DNA of 64,000 nucleotides from Nannocystales bacterium (GTDB lineage Bacteria > Myxococcota_A > Polyangia > Nannocystales > Nannocystaceae). Every line of letters starts with the position of its first letter. Within the stretch, counting starts at the first letter, position 1. Below are positions 47,236 to 56,468 of the stretch, piece by piece. A program made the position numbers and the translations under genes. The stretch lies in assembly GCA_050633305.1 (NCBI GenBank), contig JBOEGF010000018.1:832001-896000 (forward strand), written 5' to 3'. The notes below the pieces were generated by a model. The model saw only the letters and a program-made list of their open reading frames with translations. It was not told the origin of the DNA and searched no databases.

Positions 47236-48665
47236 GCAGGGCGGACGATCTCGAGCCGGACCGACTTCGGCGAGCGTGCAGAGACGACGGGAGGCGGTCG
47301 CTCGCCATGTACGATCGACGCGAGTGTGTCCTGGACGTCTTCGTCCAGCCGGGACGCCCGAATCGGTTTGCGTGTGCCTTCGCCCATCCACGGGCTCCAG
47401 AACTCCCACACGATTTGATCGTCCTTGGCGACTTCCAGGGCGCGGCCCTCGTTCGAAACAACGACCATCACGTTGCCGTTGGGTAGGGCTTGCGCGAGCC
47501 CTCGACCGGAGGAGAAGAACCGCAGAGGGCCTTGGTTCCCCGGTCCCCCGATGGTGCGGACGATCGTGCTGGATATGGGGTCGACGATCACCGCGCGCGA
47601 GTTGTCCGCCTCGTTTCGGTTGTCGAACAGCACCACATGGCCCTCGGGCGTGAGGGTCGAATCGTGCTGCCGGAGCAGCTCGGACTGACCCCAGACCCAG
47701 CCTGGAGTTTGGGTGTCTCGGTCGAACGACGCGACGGTGTTCATGTTGCGCAGCGAGATCAACAGGTCGCCTGCGTTTCCGAGGCCCGGCACCTCGCGCG
47801 GCAACATGAGGATCGAGTTGGCGTGGAAGACATCGAGCGGGCGGTGGCGTCGCCCTGCCACTCGTGCTGCTCCTCGTGCTTCTCCTGCGTCTTCGTCCTC
47901 GATAACCGCCGCGTTTCCCGTCGCCCGCAAGCCGCGGCGGAGCGTCCTGTGGAACGCCGGCGTGTTGGACATGACGTCGTACATCCACACTTGTCCGGTC
48001 GGGTTTCCGGCCGGGTCGATGAACGCCACGCCGTGGTCGAGGATCTGCGCGCGGCTCCGACCGTGGGGAGAGGCCCCTGGTGGCAGCTCGATGACGCGCT
48101 TGCGCCCGATCAGCGCCGCGATGGTGCCGTCTTGGGCGATCGTGAAGTCGTGGTGGAAATGCCCCTGTACGACCCACACGACGTTGGAGTTCCAGTCGAG
48201 CTTGACGAGGGCCGTGCTGTTGACGATGACGTAGAGGTAGCCGTCTCGGTCGAGTCGCGCGATGGCCCAGGCTTGTTTCTCCGAGGGGCTATCCGAACTC
48301 CAACTGTGGAGCTGCTTGCCTTGCGCATCCCAGAGCGTGGCTTCTCGAATCGACTTGCCGCGTCGGCGGCCGCCACCAACCGGGTTCGCGAGGACGTACC
48401 GATCCGACGCTTCAGCCTCGTGTCGCTGGACGCCGGACTTCTTCCGCGTCTCGTCCGTCAAGGGAATCTCCCCCAGGTAGGCGAGGGACCGGAGGTTGTC
48501 GCCCTTGTTTCGTCCTCGGCGACGTCCCCCCTCCTGTTGTTCTTCGGCGGTGGGGGCGGTCTCCGACTCCGGTGAGCCGAGTCTGACGACGCCGGTCGCG
48601 AACAGACCGCCGGTGATCCCGAGCGCCGCCAGGGCGCCCAGGAGGCCGTTTCGAACGCTGCTCAT
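47175..48665 (-). CDS. arylsulfotransferase-family protein, N-terminally anchored
   Basis: N-terminal [43 protein letters not shown]. Confidence 0.78.
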   Translation of the reverse strand: MSSVRNGLLGALAALGITGGLFATGVVRLGSPESETAPTAEEQQEGGRRRGRNKGDNLRSLAYLGEIPLTDETRKKSGVQRHEAEASDRYVLANPVGGGRRRGKSIREATLWDAQGKQLHSWSSDSPSEKQAWAIARLDRDGYLYVIVNSTALVKLDWNSNVVWVVQGHFHHDFTIAQDGTIAALIGRKRVIELPPGASPHGRSRAQILDHGVAFIDPAGNPTGQVWMYDVMSNTPAFHRTLRRGLRATGNAAVIEDEDAGEARGAARVAGRRHRPLDVFHANSILMLPREVPGLGNAGDLLISLRNMNTVASFDRDTQTPGWVWGQSELLRQHDSTLTPEGHVVLFDNRNEADNSRAVIVDPISSTIVRTIGGPGNQGPLRFFSSGRGLAQALPNGNVMVVVSNEGRALEVAKDDQIVWEFWSPWMGEGTRKPIRASRLDEDVQDTLASIVHGERPPPVVSARSPKSVRLEIVRPAHPPGLSPTGHATPVPPRPQ

Positions 48666-50197
48666 GGACGCCTGTCTTGGCGCAGCTGCCAGAACTGCAC
48701 CCGGTTGAGGCGGACCTTTCGGTCGCGTCGATAGTAGGAGCGAAGAAAACCGCGAAGCTCAGCGAACTCCCGAACCGGGACGGCTGAGCCCAGGACGACG
48801 ACGTCAGGTGGGGACGCGTAGAGCTCGTCGATCAAGGCTCTCGCGGCAAGGTCATCCCGGAAGTGAAGCGGGCTGCGGGGATGCCTCCAGGTGGAGTCGT
48901 TGGCCGACGTGGTCAGCTCCATCGTCTTGTAGAAGCGTGTCGACGAGAGGTGGCCTGTGAACGCGTAGACGTCCCACAGGTGCCAGCCCCACACCCATAT
49001 CGTGTCGCCGGGCTGTGTCATCTCCGTGACTCGCTTCGCGATGGCGCGACCACCCAGGTCGTGCGCGTGCATTCTGTTGGTCCGCTCTGCGTCGATGAGC
49101 ATCCCTTGGCGCCCGAGCAGGAGCACAGCGGGCAGCAGCGCGACCACCCGGGTCGACCATCGCCGCAGCCCTCGCTGGCCGAGCAAGCCCGCGCTGGATG
49201 CCGCAAGGATGCTCAGAGGAGCCGCTGCGGCCAAGTGGTAGCCCTTGTAGAAACGAAACCCGAGCGCAGCCGAGCCGAGGGCGAGCGCCGACCACAACAG
49301 CAACAGGGCGACCAACGAACGGTCCCGCCGGTCGATCAGGCCGCCCAGCGAGAACGCTGACAGTGCCAGGGGCAGGGCGAGAAAGTTGGCGGACGCGAAG
49401 ATGGCCTCGCCTGGCGCCTGACCGAGTCCGATCGCCGAGCCCTGGGCGACGTATCGCCACCCCCATTCGTTGAGCACGAACCCTCGCCACAGCGCGTCAA
49501 ACTGTCCGGCAAGCAGGTAGTGACCGCCGATGGGTGCGGCTGCCAGAGCTGCGCCAGCGAGCACCGCTCCGAGCTGCTTCACTGCGAGCCTGCTGCGCTG
49601 TCCCGGCTCCTTGCGCATCGCCGACAACAGCGCGACCGTGACCACAACGAGCAGGGCGATTCCGGCGGGACGCTTACAGAGCGTCGCAGCAGACGCCAGG
49701 GCTCCCGCGACCGCGAGCAGCCACAAAGGCGGACGCTCGCGGCGAAACGCGATGAGCGCGACGACAACCGACGCGATCGACGGCAGTTGGGCCCACGTCA
49801 CATAGTTTGCGTCCATCGTGTCCAGCACCAGATCGTGGGCGCCGTAGATCACCCCTGCGACGATGCCCTGGACCGGCCCCCACAGCACCCTGGACCCGAA
49901 CATGACCACCCCAAGCCCGCTGAGTGCCGCAACGTTCGCCCAAACCTGAAACGCCGCGATGTCCCGCCCCCCGTCAGCCAACAACCACGCCAGATAGAAC
50001 GTGCCCGGCGCCTTGAACTCCACACTGTCGACGTAGGGCAGCTTGCCGGCCGCCAGCAGCATCCCGTTATAGAGGATGCCGCCGACGTCATGGTTGGCGA
50101 ACCCGCCCTGGACGAACCCGGGCTTGCGAAGCCAGGCGCTCAGGGCAAGGACGACGAAGAACGACAGCCAGAACGCGAGTTTACGACGAGGGGGCAC
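48662..50197 (-). CDS. GT-C fold (ArnT/PMT, GT39/83-like) membrane glycosyltransferase
   Basis: TM1 followed by NHD...GKLPYVD..EFKAPG; about 10 TMs; soluble C-terminal domain IWVWG...PDVVV. Confidence 0.75.
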   Translation of the reverse strand: MPPRRKLAFWLSFFVVLALSAWLRKPGFVQGGFANHDVGGILYNGMLLAAGKLPYVDSVEFKAPGTFYLAWLLADGGRDIAAFQVWANVAALSGLGVVMFGSRVLWGPVQGIVAGVIYGAHDLVLDTMDANYVTWAQLPSIASVVVALIAFRRERPPLWLLAVAGALASAATLCKRPAGIALLVVVTVALLSAMRKEPGQRSRLAVKQLGAVLAGAALAAAPIGGHYLLAGQFDALWRGFVLNEWGWRYVAQGSAIGLGQAPGEAIFASANFLALPLALSAFSLGGLIDRRDRSLVALLLLWSALALGSAALGFRFYKGYHLAAAAPLSILAASSAGLLGQRGLRRWSTRVVALLPAVLLLGRQGMLIDAERTNRMHAHDLGGRAIAKRVTEMTQPGDTIWVWGWHLWDVYAFTGHLSSTRFYKTMELTTSANDSTWRHPRSPLHFRDDLAARALIDELYASPPDVVVLGSAVPVREFAELRGFLRSYYRRDRKVRLNRVQFWQLRQDRRP

Positions 50198-50677
50198 GTG
50201 TTCTGGAGTTTCAGGGAATGGTGGCTGGATCAGGTGCCCGGCTCTGCCGCACCGTCTTGGCCGGCGTCGTGGGACAGATTCTTCCGGCTCTTTGCTTCGG
50301 CCGTCAACTCAACGGGCAGGTGGTGTCCGGCCCACACTCCATACCCCGGGTCTGAGCGGCAGAACATCTCCGTTCGTTCCGTCTAGGTGTTCGGGACGAT
50401 GCGGCGAGACTCCGTTCGCTCTGGAAGCTGAAGACGACGCCTTTGACCACCCTTGAAACGGGGTCGCCGGGAGGAATCGTCTCGTTGTTCGATGCGCCGC
50501 GCCTACGTGCCGTTCGTGGGGTCCGACCTGAATTCGGCTTCGGACCTGACTCGATGAGGCCAGCTGGATCGCGTCGCCGGGCGCCCTCGCATCTCCCATC
50601 GCGCCCCGTTTGGGCGGCGGTACGCCGTAACCCCACGGGGCTGTATTTCAGTCGGACACTGTGGGAAACTCCGCGCG

Positions 50678-52408
50678 GTGTGGTCTCGGGACCGGATTCT
50701 CGTACTCGCCACCGTCGGGTTTCTCGTTGTCCCCGTCCTCGCGGACCTCGCGCTGGGGGGCCAGAAGCGCGTGTTCGGGTATCTGGCGATCGACTTTTTC
50801 TACTACGAGACGATCGCGCGGAACTACCTTGAGCTCGGCTTCCCGACGTTCGATCAAGAGTTCCCGACCAACGGGTTTCACCCGGTATGGCAGTACACGC
50901 TGATCGCCTTCGCCTGGTTCTGCACGGCGGTAGGGGCCTCTAAACTCTCTTTCTTCTCCGGCGCCCTTCTTCTGAGCATGGGGCTGGTTGCCGGTGCTCT
51001 CATCTTGTTCGCGCAGACGTTCAAGGCAGCTGAAGGGAGGGTCCCACTGTTTTTGCCCTGGGCGGTCCCTGGGGTCTTCGCGCTGCTGACTAGCCCGATT
51101 TACCAGCCGTCCCACGACTTCGGCCGTCTGCGCGTAGCAGGCGGGGAGAGAGCCGTCGTTGGGACGTTGTGGCGCTACGTGAACGGGATGGAGACCGGGC
51201 TTGTGCTCCTGGCGTTCTTCGCTTCCACGCTTCTCATGGTCCGGCTGCTGAAGGGCGAGACCAGTCGCAACCGAATCCTCGGGTGTGGGGCGATGCTGGG
51301 CCTTCTTGCGCTTTCACGCCTTGACCATGCGGTCTTCTCCCTAAGTCTGCCGCTCGCCCTCGTACTGGGGCGCCTTCGCGACAGAAGAGCTTGGCTGACG
51401 GTCGTCCAGCTGTGGGGCGTGGTGTTCGCGTTCCTAGCGGCGTACGTCGTGTTCAACCTCGTCAATCACGGTGCCGCGGTCCCAGTCAGTGGGTCGGTGA
51501 AGAGCACGTTTCCCCACTTCACAGCGGACAACTGGCGGGATCTCAGCCGTCTCTTGGCTGGCAAACAATCGATCTGGGTGCACGACGCCTGGCGACTCTC
51601 TCAGGAGATCTTGCCGGTCCTCGTCGTCGTTGCATACATCTCTTGCACCGTGACGCTTCGGCCCAAACTCCGACTACGCGATGGGGCGAACGCGCTCGAC
51701 AAGGTTTTGCTCGCTGCCGTGCCAGGAGTGCTGGCAATTGCGGTCTACAACTTTGGATTCGTTCGCTCGGACTTCCAGGGGCACTGGTACTTCCCTGTAT
51801 CGGTGGTCTTGTGCTCGGCGTTTGCGCTACGAGTGGCAGGCCGGCTTGGCGTTGAGGAGCGCTTCACGTCGACACGTCGGCGCGCAATGGTGTTTGTTGT
51901 CTCTACTGTGGCCGTGCTCGGCTTCTTTGCGTGGGGCCACTACCGTCCGAACTTCAACGACGACGTTGTAGAGTTCTACGTCGGTGAAGGTCCGAAGATC
52001 CGGGCGTTCTACGACGAGCCACCCAAGGTCCTAGAATTCTACGACGCTGTGTTTGCCTCGGCGACCGAGTTCCCCACCATGAATGGCTATGGGCTGGTCG
52101 TCGACCCGGAGGCCGCGCAAGCGCGAAAACAGAGCCTGGATGCCGTCTTCGAACTCGCTGTCTCTCGCGGCTTCGATCGTATCGTATCGTTCAACCTCAA
52201 CGGCGTGCGGCTGAGCGAAAAGCCCAAGCGCAGAGAGCTGCTTGGGGTCCTCAAACGCTACGTTAGCGAGGAGGCGCTCGCACCGTACCGAATCGTCCTC
52301 GAGTACCGGTCCGAGACCGGCCGCCATCTCGTGTTCCGCGTAGTCGAGAGGGGGCGACGTCGGAAGAACGGGCGGAGGCGCGGTCATGGGAGAAAGTCGA
52401 AGACCTGA
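50678..52408 (+). CDS. polytopic membrane protein, probable GT-C fold glycosyltransferase
   Basis: TM1 followed by IDFFYY..IARN...G.PTFD...TNGFHPVW; NGMETGL; LSRLD; SG.VK. Confidence 0.7.
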   Translation: MWSRDRILVLATVGFLVVPVLADLALGGQKRVFGYLAIDFFYYETIARNYLELGFPTFDQEFPTNGFHPVWQYTLIAFAWFCTAVGASKLSFFSGALLLSMGLVAGALILFAQTFKAAEGRVPLFLPWAVPGVFALLTSPIYQPSHDFGRLRVAGGERAVVGTLWRYVNGMETGLVLLAFFASTLLMVRLLKGETSRNRILGCGAMLGLLALSRLDHAVFSLSLPLALVLGRLRDRRAWLTVVQLWGVVFAFLAAYVVFNLVNHGAAVPVSGSVKSTFPHFTADNWRDLSRLLAGKQSIWVHDAWRLSQEILPVLVVVAYISCTVTLRPKLRLRDGANALDKVLLAAVPGVLAIAVYNFGFVRSDFQGHWYFPVSVVLCSAFALRVAGRLGVEERFTSTRRRAMVFVVSTVAVLGFFAWGHYRPNFNDDVVEFYVGEGPKIRAFYDEPPKVLEFYDAVFASATEFPTMNGYGLVVDPEAAQARKQSLDAVFELAVSRGFDRIVSFNLNGVRLSEKPKRRELLGVLKRYVSEEALAPYRIVLEYRSETGRHLVFRVVERGRRRKNGRRRGHGRKSKT

Positions 52409-52411
52409 TGC

Positions 52412-54331
52412 CTACGGAATGAAGATTGTCTCCGCTTTCAGACCGCCCGGGTAGGCATAGGTGGTGTTGCAGTTGATCATGTTGGGCGACGCGCACGTCG
52501 AGTCGAGTGGCTCGCCGTTGTCGTCGAGGGGCGCGGAACGGGCCGAGCCAAGTTGGATGGTGCCGAACGGAGTGTCGCTGGACGCGGTGTACGTGCCCTC
52601 GTCCAGCGGGACGAGCGCGAGCTCATAGTCTGACCCGACCGGCGAGAACGAAAAATCGCAGTCAGCATCGTTGCAGACCCTGATGATGTTCCCAGCGTCC
52701 GACGTGATTCGCACCTCTCCACCGGTCACGGGTCGCATGAGTTCAACGCTGTTGTAGTAGAAGTCGACTCCCGTCGAGAAGACGTACCGAGCGAGAAACT
52801 GTTCCGTGGGAACGAGCTGCACCATCGCGGAATCGCCGTAGCCGGTCTGCGGCGGCCCCTCGATCCCGTTCGGGGAGACCGGGTTCTTCGAACGTATGTA
52901 TTGCACCGGGAGGAACGGCCGGTCCGCGTCGACGACGACACTTACACCCGACTCGGTCTCGACTTCGACGAAGTCGCCGACGTTCTGCAGCGTCACGGGG
53001 AAGTTGGAGGTCGGAGGGTCGGAGGTGATGGTGACGTCCGACGCCCCTGCGTAGAGACGGTAGTAGCTCGCCTCCTCGAAGTCTTGCCATTCCGGGAGCG
53101 GTGCTTCGAACTCATACGGACGGATCGGGGCGGCCGGCATCACGTAGGTCCGGCCCCAGTGTTGCAGAGGGAAGACAACCTCGATCAGGGGATCCGCGGA
53201 CCCGCCCTGGCCCGGGTCATCGATAGGGACCCGCGAGGCCCTATTTCCGCCGCTCACCCACACCGGGTTGTCTGTGTGAATCACGGTTCCTGAGATATCG
53301 AGGGGCTCAAACGCCTCGACGAAGCCTTCTTCTCCCTGTTCTACCGGAAGGCCGAGGACCGACGGCACAACCCGAAGCGTCTCGTAGCGGTTGAGCACCA
53401 AAGAGCCCGTTTCTCCAGCTTCGACGGGGTCCACGGGGAGGCCATTCCCGGCGGTTGTAACGCGCGGGGTCCACTCCACTCGCGTATCGTCCTCAAGCGC
53501 GACGAGTTCGAAGTAGCTCACCCCGGTCACGGTGCTCGTGGAGGCGCTTGTGTAGGAGGGAACGACGTAGTCGTTGCCGAGGACTCGGTCAGGCAACAAC
53601 AGGGCAGATTCGTTGCCGTTGTTGGCCCGAAGCGGGGCGTGTTGGTAGCCGACGATCGGGACATCGCTGTAGACTCGGAAGATCCCACCTGTGCGTAGGT
53701 TGGTGCTGTTTCCGGGGACGAAGTCCGTCACAAGCTCGATCGTTCGGCTCTCGCCCGGGGCCAAGTTGAACTGTTCGAAAAGCGTTTCGTCGAGCACGCC
53801 CTCCGGAACTTCGAACAGCTGCACCGCGGCCTCCAGCTCCTCGTTCGGGTTCGTCAGGACCAGGCCGTCGGCGTATTCCTGATACGGATGCAGCGACCGG
53901 TTCACGACGAAGGCACATCCTGCCGAGGACGGGTCGTTCTCGGTCAGCTGGCACGGGCCGATGCAGGTCGGGACGGTGCACTTCTCGTCGTTCTCGTCGC
54001 AGGGCTCGCATACGGAGTTGCTTCCGCAGGCGAGGTCGACGACCCACTCGAGCCCGGTCGCGGCGCAGATCTCGACGCCGCTGTCGTCGTCGGCGCAGCG
54101 TAGCTCGCCGGGCTGACACAGGGGGACGAAGCCGGAGCTGGACTCGTCCTCAGAGGTTGGGTCTGTGCTGGTGCTGGCAGTGACGCCGCTGGTGGCGGAG
54201 CCTGTGCTGGCGCCTCCGTCGTCGTCGACGAGCTCGGGCGCACCGTCGTCGCCACCGCAGGCTGCTAGGAGAAGGATGCCTGCCGCGAACGGCGCAAGGC
54301 GGAGTGTCGAATCCCGTGAGATCAAGGTCAT
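52412..54331 (-). CDS. IgGFc-binding-domain lipoprotein
   Basis: Lipobox LAAC; S/T linker; Cys-rich module; SSAGCAF, ESALLLP..LG.DY, DISGT.I....PV.V.GG, WG..Y, GDSAM..VPTEQFL.RYVF, YAYPGG. Confidence 0.8.
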   Translation of the reverse strand: MTLISRDSTLRLAPFAAGILLLAACGGDDGAPELVDDDGGASTGSATSGVTASTSTDPTSEDESSSGFVPLCQPGELRCADDDSGVEICAATGLEWVVDLACGSNSVCEPCDENDEKCTVPTCIGPCQLTENDPSSAGCAFVVNRSLHPYQEYADGLVLTNPNEELEAAVQLFEVPEGVLDETLFEQFNLAPGESRTIELVTDFVPGNSTNLRTGGIFRVYSDVPIVGYQHAPLRANNGNESALLLPDRVLGNDYVVPSYTSASTSTVTGVSYFELVALEDDTRVEWTPRVTTAGNGLPVDPVEAGETGSLVLNRYETLRVVPSVLGLPVEQGEEGFVEAFEPLDISGTVIHTDNPVWVSGGNRASRVPIDDPGQGGSADPLIEVVFPLQHWGRTYVMPAAPIRPYEFEAPLPEWQDFEEASYYRLYAGASDVTITSDPPTSNFPVTLQNVGDFVEVETESGVSVVVDADRPFLPVQYIRSKNPVSPNGIEGPPQTGYGDSAMVQLVPTEQFLARYVFSTGVDFYYNSVELMRPVTGGEVRITSDAGNIIRVCNDADCDFSFSPVGSDYELALVPLDEGTYTASSDTPFGTIQLGSARSAPLDDNGEPLDSTCASPNMINCNTTYAYPGGLKAETIFIP

Positions 54332-54464
54332 GTGGTCGTGCTCCAGGACAAGTGAGGAGCCCCCGAAAAGGCTCTCGGCGTAACCGTACCCCGATCATGG
54401 TGGCAGGGGTAGCGCGGCTCGGGATCGGGGGCGTGCCCGCGTTGTCACCGCCACGGGAATCGGC

Positions 54465-54470
54465 TAGCTT
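54465..54470 (+). promoter_or_regulatory. putative -10 hexamer TAGCTT (leaderless-type)
   Basis: 6 nt upstream of ATG 54477; no SD. Confidence 0.5.
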
Positions 54471-54476
54471 CCGCCG

Positions 54477-56348
54477 ATGGCTTCGCGCGGCACCGCCCGG
54501 TCCGTCTCACAGATCGTGCTTGGCGCGGCGGTCGTCAGTTTTGTCGTCTACACCGCGCGTGCGGAAGGAGACGACCATGTTGGAGAGGTTGTCCACCAGC
54601 CTGAACCGGCGTTCTCCGATGAGATGCCGGACAAGCCGGACATCATTCTGATCACGATTGACACCGTGCGCGCAGATCGGATCGGCGTGTACGGCTACGC
54701 ATCGGCGCGGACCCCAAACATGGACGCGCTGGGAGATGCTGGGGTCATCTTTGCGAACGCGACGGTCCCGCTGCCGCGGACGACTCCGGGGCTCGCGTCG
54801 CTGCTCACGGGATTGTCTCCAGAGGGGCATGGTTCACGAGAGGTCTGGCAGCGGCTGGACGTGGGCAAGGGAAGCCGGCTCGCCGAAGTGCTGTCCAACG
54901 AGGGCTACGTGACCTTGGGCCTGAGCGCGAACTCGGCGGCCGGATCCAAGCAAGGGCTCGCGGTCGGGTTCGACACGTTCCTCGACTACAAGGTCATCAA
55001 GAAGAAACGCAAGCGCGACGACGCCGACGTGATGACCGACGAAGCGCTGGCGATGGTGGAGAAGGTCGACCCAGAGGCTCCGCTGTTCTTGTGGGTCCAC
55101 TACGTCGACCCGCACTGGCGCTACAACCCCTCCAAGAAGCGCTACCCGGACCAGCCCGCGGGTGTCCGGTGCCGAGCGATGCAAAAGAGGATCAAGGCCC
55201 ACGAGCTTTCGCTGGGCAACTTGATCAGCAACGCCAACGGGATCGCGGCGGACATCTTGGACGAGTGCTCCGCGCTGTATGACGCGGAACTGGGCTTCGT
55301 CGACCAGGAGGTGGGGCGTCTGATGGACGGCCTACAAGAACTCGAGCGGTGGGACGACTCCTTGGTCGTGCTCACGGCGGACCACGGAGAAAACATGGGT
55401 GAGGACGGGATGTACTTCGCGCACGGTCCGAGCCTGGCGGACGGGTCTCTGCGGGTCCCGCTCATCATCGCCGGTCCCACGATCCCCAGCGGGCGGTACG
55501 ATGGCGGCGTCGCGATCATCGAGGACGTCATGCCGACGCTTCTGGAGCTTGTGGGCATTGCCCCGGAGAACCTGCCCAAGAACATGGAGGGGCAGTCGCT
55601 GCAGTGGCGATGGAACCCCGAGCTCGACTACCCCGAGCAGGTTCGCTCCGCCGCGCTCTCTGAGGCTGGAGGTGCGCTCAATGCGGACAACGTCAACTTC
55701 CTCGTCTCGGGTCGAGACCGCTCTCGGTACTGCTACAACGGCCCGCGGTACTCGATGTGCTTCGAGCCGGACAAGAAGAAACGGACTCGGGGTGCCCGGG
55801 TCCGCCCGCCTATCCGCATTCCCGGTGAGGATGGAGGGGCTGAGCCCGACGCGGAAGACGCGGAACACGGCGCTCCCTCGCCTGAGGTGCCGGCGGTGAA
55901 GCAGCCTGGACCGGTCGGGACGACGCAGTCGGCCGCTGCGGTCAAGCCCGGCGAGACGGAGGCTTCGGGGCCTGAGGTCTTGTTCTTCGATCGAGACAAG
56001 GATCCGAAGCTCATTCAGCCGCTCACCACGATCCCCGACGAGGCACGTGAAGAATTGTTGGCGGCCCGGGAACGGTGGTCCCCGGAGTCGACGCGCGCTC
56101 GAGCCGTGCGGACCGCCGAGTACAAGCTCGTCGCGTACCCAGAGATCGCAGGCGACTACCGCTATGCGTTGTACGATCTGAAGGCCGACCCCATGGAGGC
56201 GAACGACGTCTCGGCGCTGCGTCCGAAGGACTTCAAGCGCATGAAGAAGATGTTCGACGAGTACGAGAGCACGATGACCTCGTTCGTCGCTCGAGAGCGC
56301 TCGGCGACCGAGATTGAGGCGATGCAAGGCCTCGGCTACACGCAGTAG
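54477..56348 (+). CDS. sulfatase-like hydrolase/transferase (alkaline phosphatase superfamily)
   Basis: ILITIDTVRAD, TTPGLASLLTG, WVHYVDPH, YDAE...VD, TADHGE, RVPLII, LYDL..DP.E, C-terminal MQGLGY. Confidence 0.85.
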   Translation: MASRGTARSVSQIVLGAAVVSFVVYTARAEGDDHVGEVVHQPEPAFSDEMPDKPDIILITIDTVRADRIGVYGYASARTPNMDALGDAGVIFANATVPLPRTTPGLASLLTGLSPEGHGSREVWQRLDVGKGSRLAEVLSNEGYVTLGLSANSAAGSKQGLAVGFDTFLDYKVIKKKRKRDDADVMTDEALAMVEKVDPEAPLFLWVHYVDPHWRYNPSKKRYPDQPAGVRCRAMQKRIKAHELSLGNLISNANGIAADILDECSALYDAELGFVDQEVGRLMDGLQELERWDDSLVVLTADHGENMGEDGMYFAHGPSLADGSLRVPLIIAGPTIPSGRYDGGVAIIEDVMPTLLELVGIAPENLPKNMEGQSLQWRWNPELDYPEQVRSAALSEAGGALNADNVNFLVSGRDRSRYCYNGPRYSMCFEPDKKKRTRGARVRPPIRIPGEDGGAEPDAEDAEHGAPSPEVPAVKQPGPVGTTQSAAAVKPGETEASGPEVLFFDRDKDPKLIQPLTTIPDEAREELLAARERWSPESTRARAVRTAEYKLVAYPEIAGDYRYALYDLKADPMEANDVSALRPKDFKRMKKMFDEYESTMTSFVARERSATEIEAMQGLGYTQ

Positions 56349-56406
56349 CGAAGCCGCTCGCCAGGAACGCTGCTAAGCGCAGGCCGGTCCACGGCGGCGT
56401 TTCACG

Positions 56407-56426
56407 AGCAGAGTCGGAGCTCTGCT
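56407..56426. terminator. hairpin between convergent genes
   Basis: AGCAGAG-TCGGAG-CTCTGCT 7-bp stem between the stops at 56348 and 56469. Confidence 0.3.
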
Positions 56427-56468
56427 GGCGCCGCGAGTTCGCGACGCCGCAGGCCGGGGCAAGGGTCT

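Noticed and set aside
50241..50365. Retron msr-msd-like inverted repeat (myxobacteria carry retrons)
   Set aside because: Only 9/10 bp in GC-rich DNA, and there is no reverse transcriptase gene in the window.
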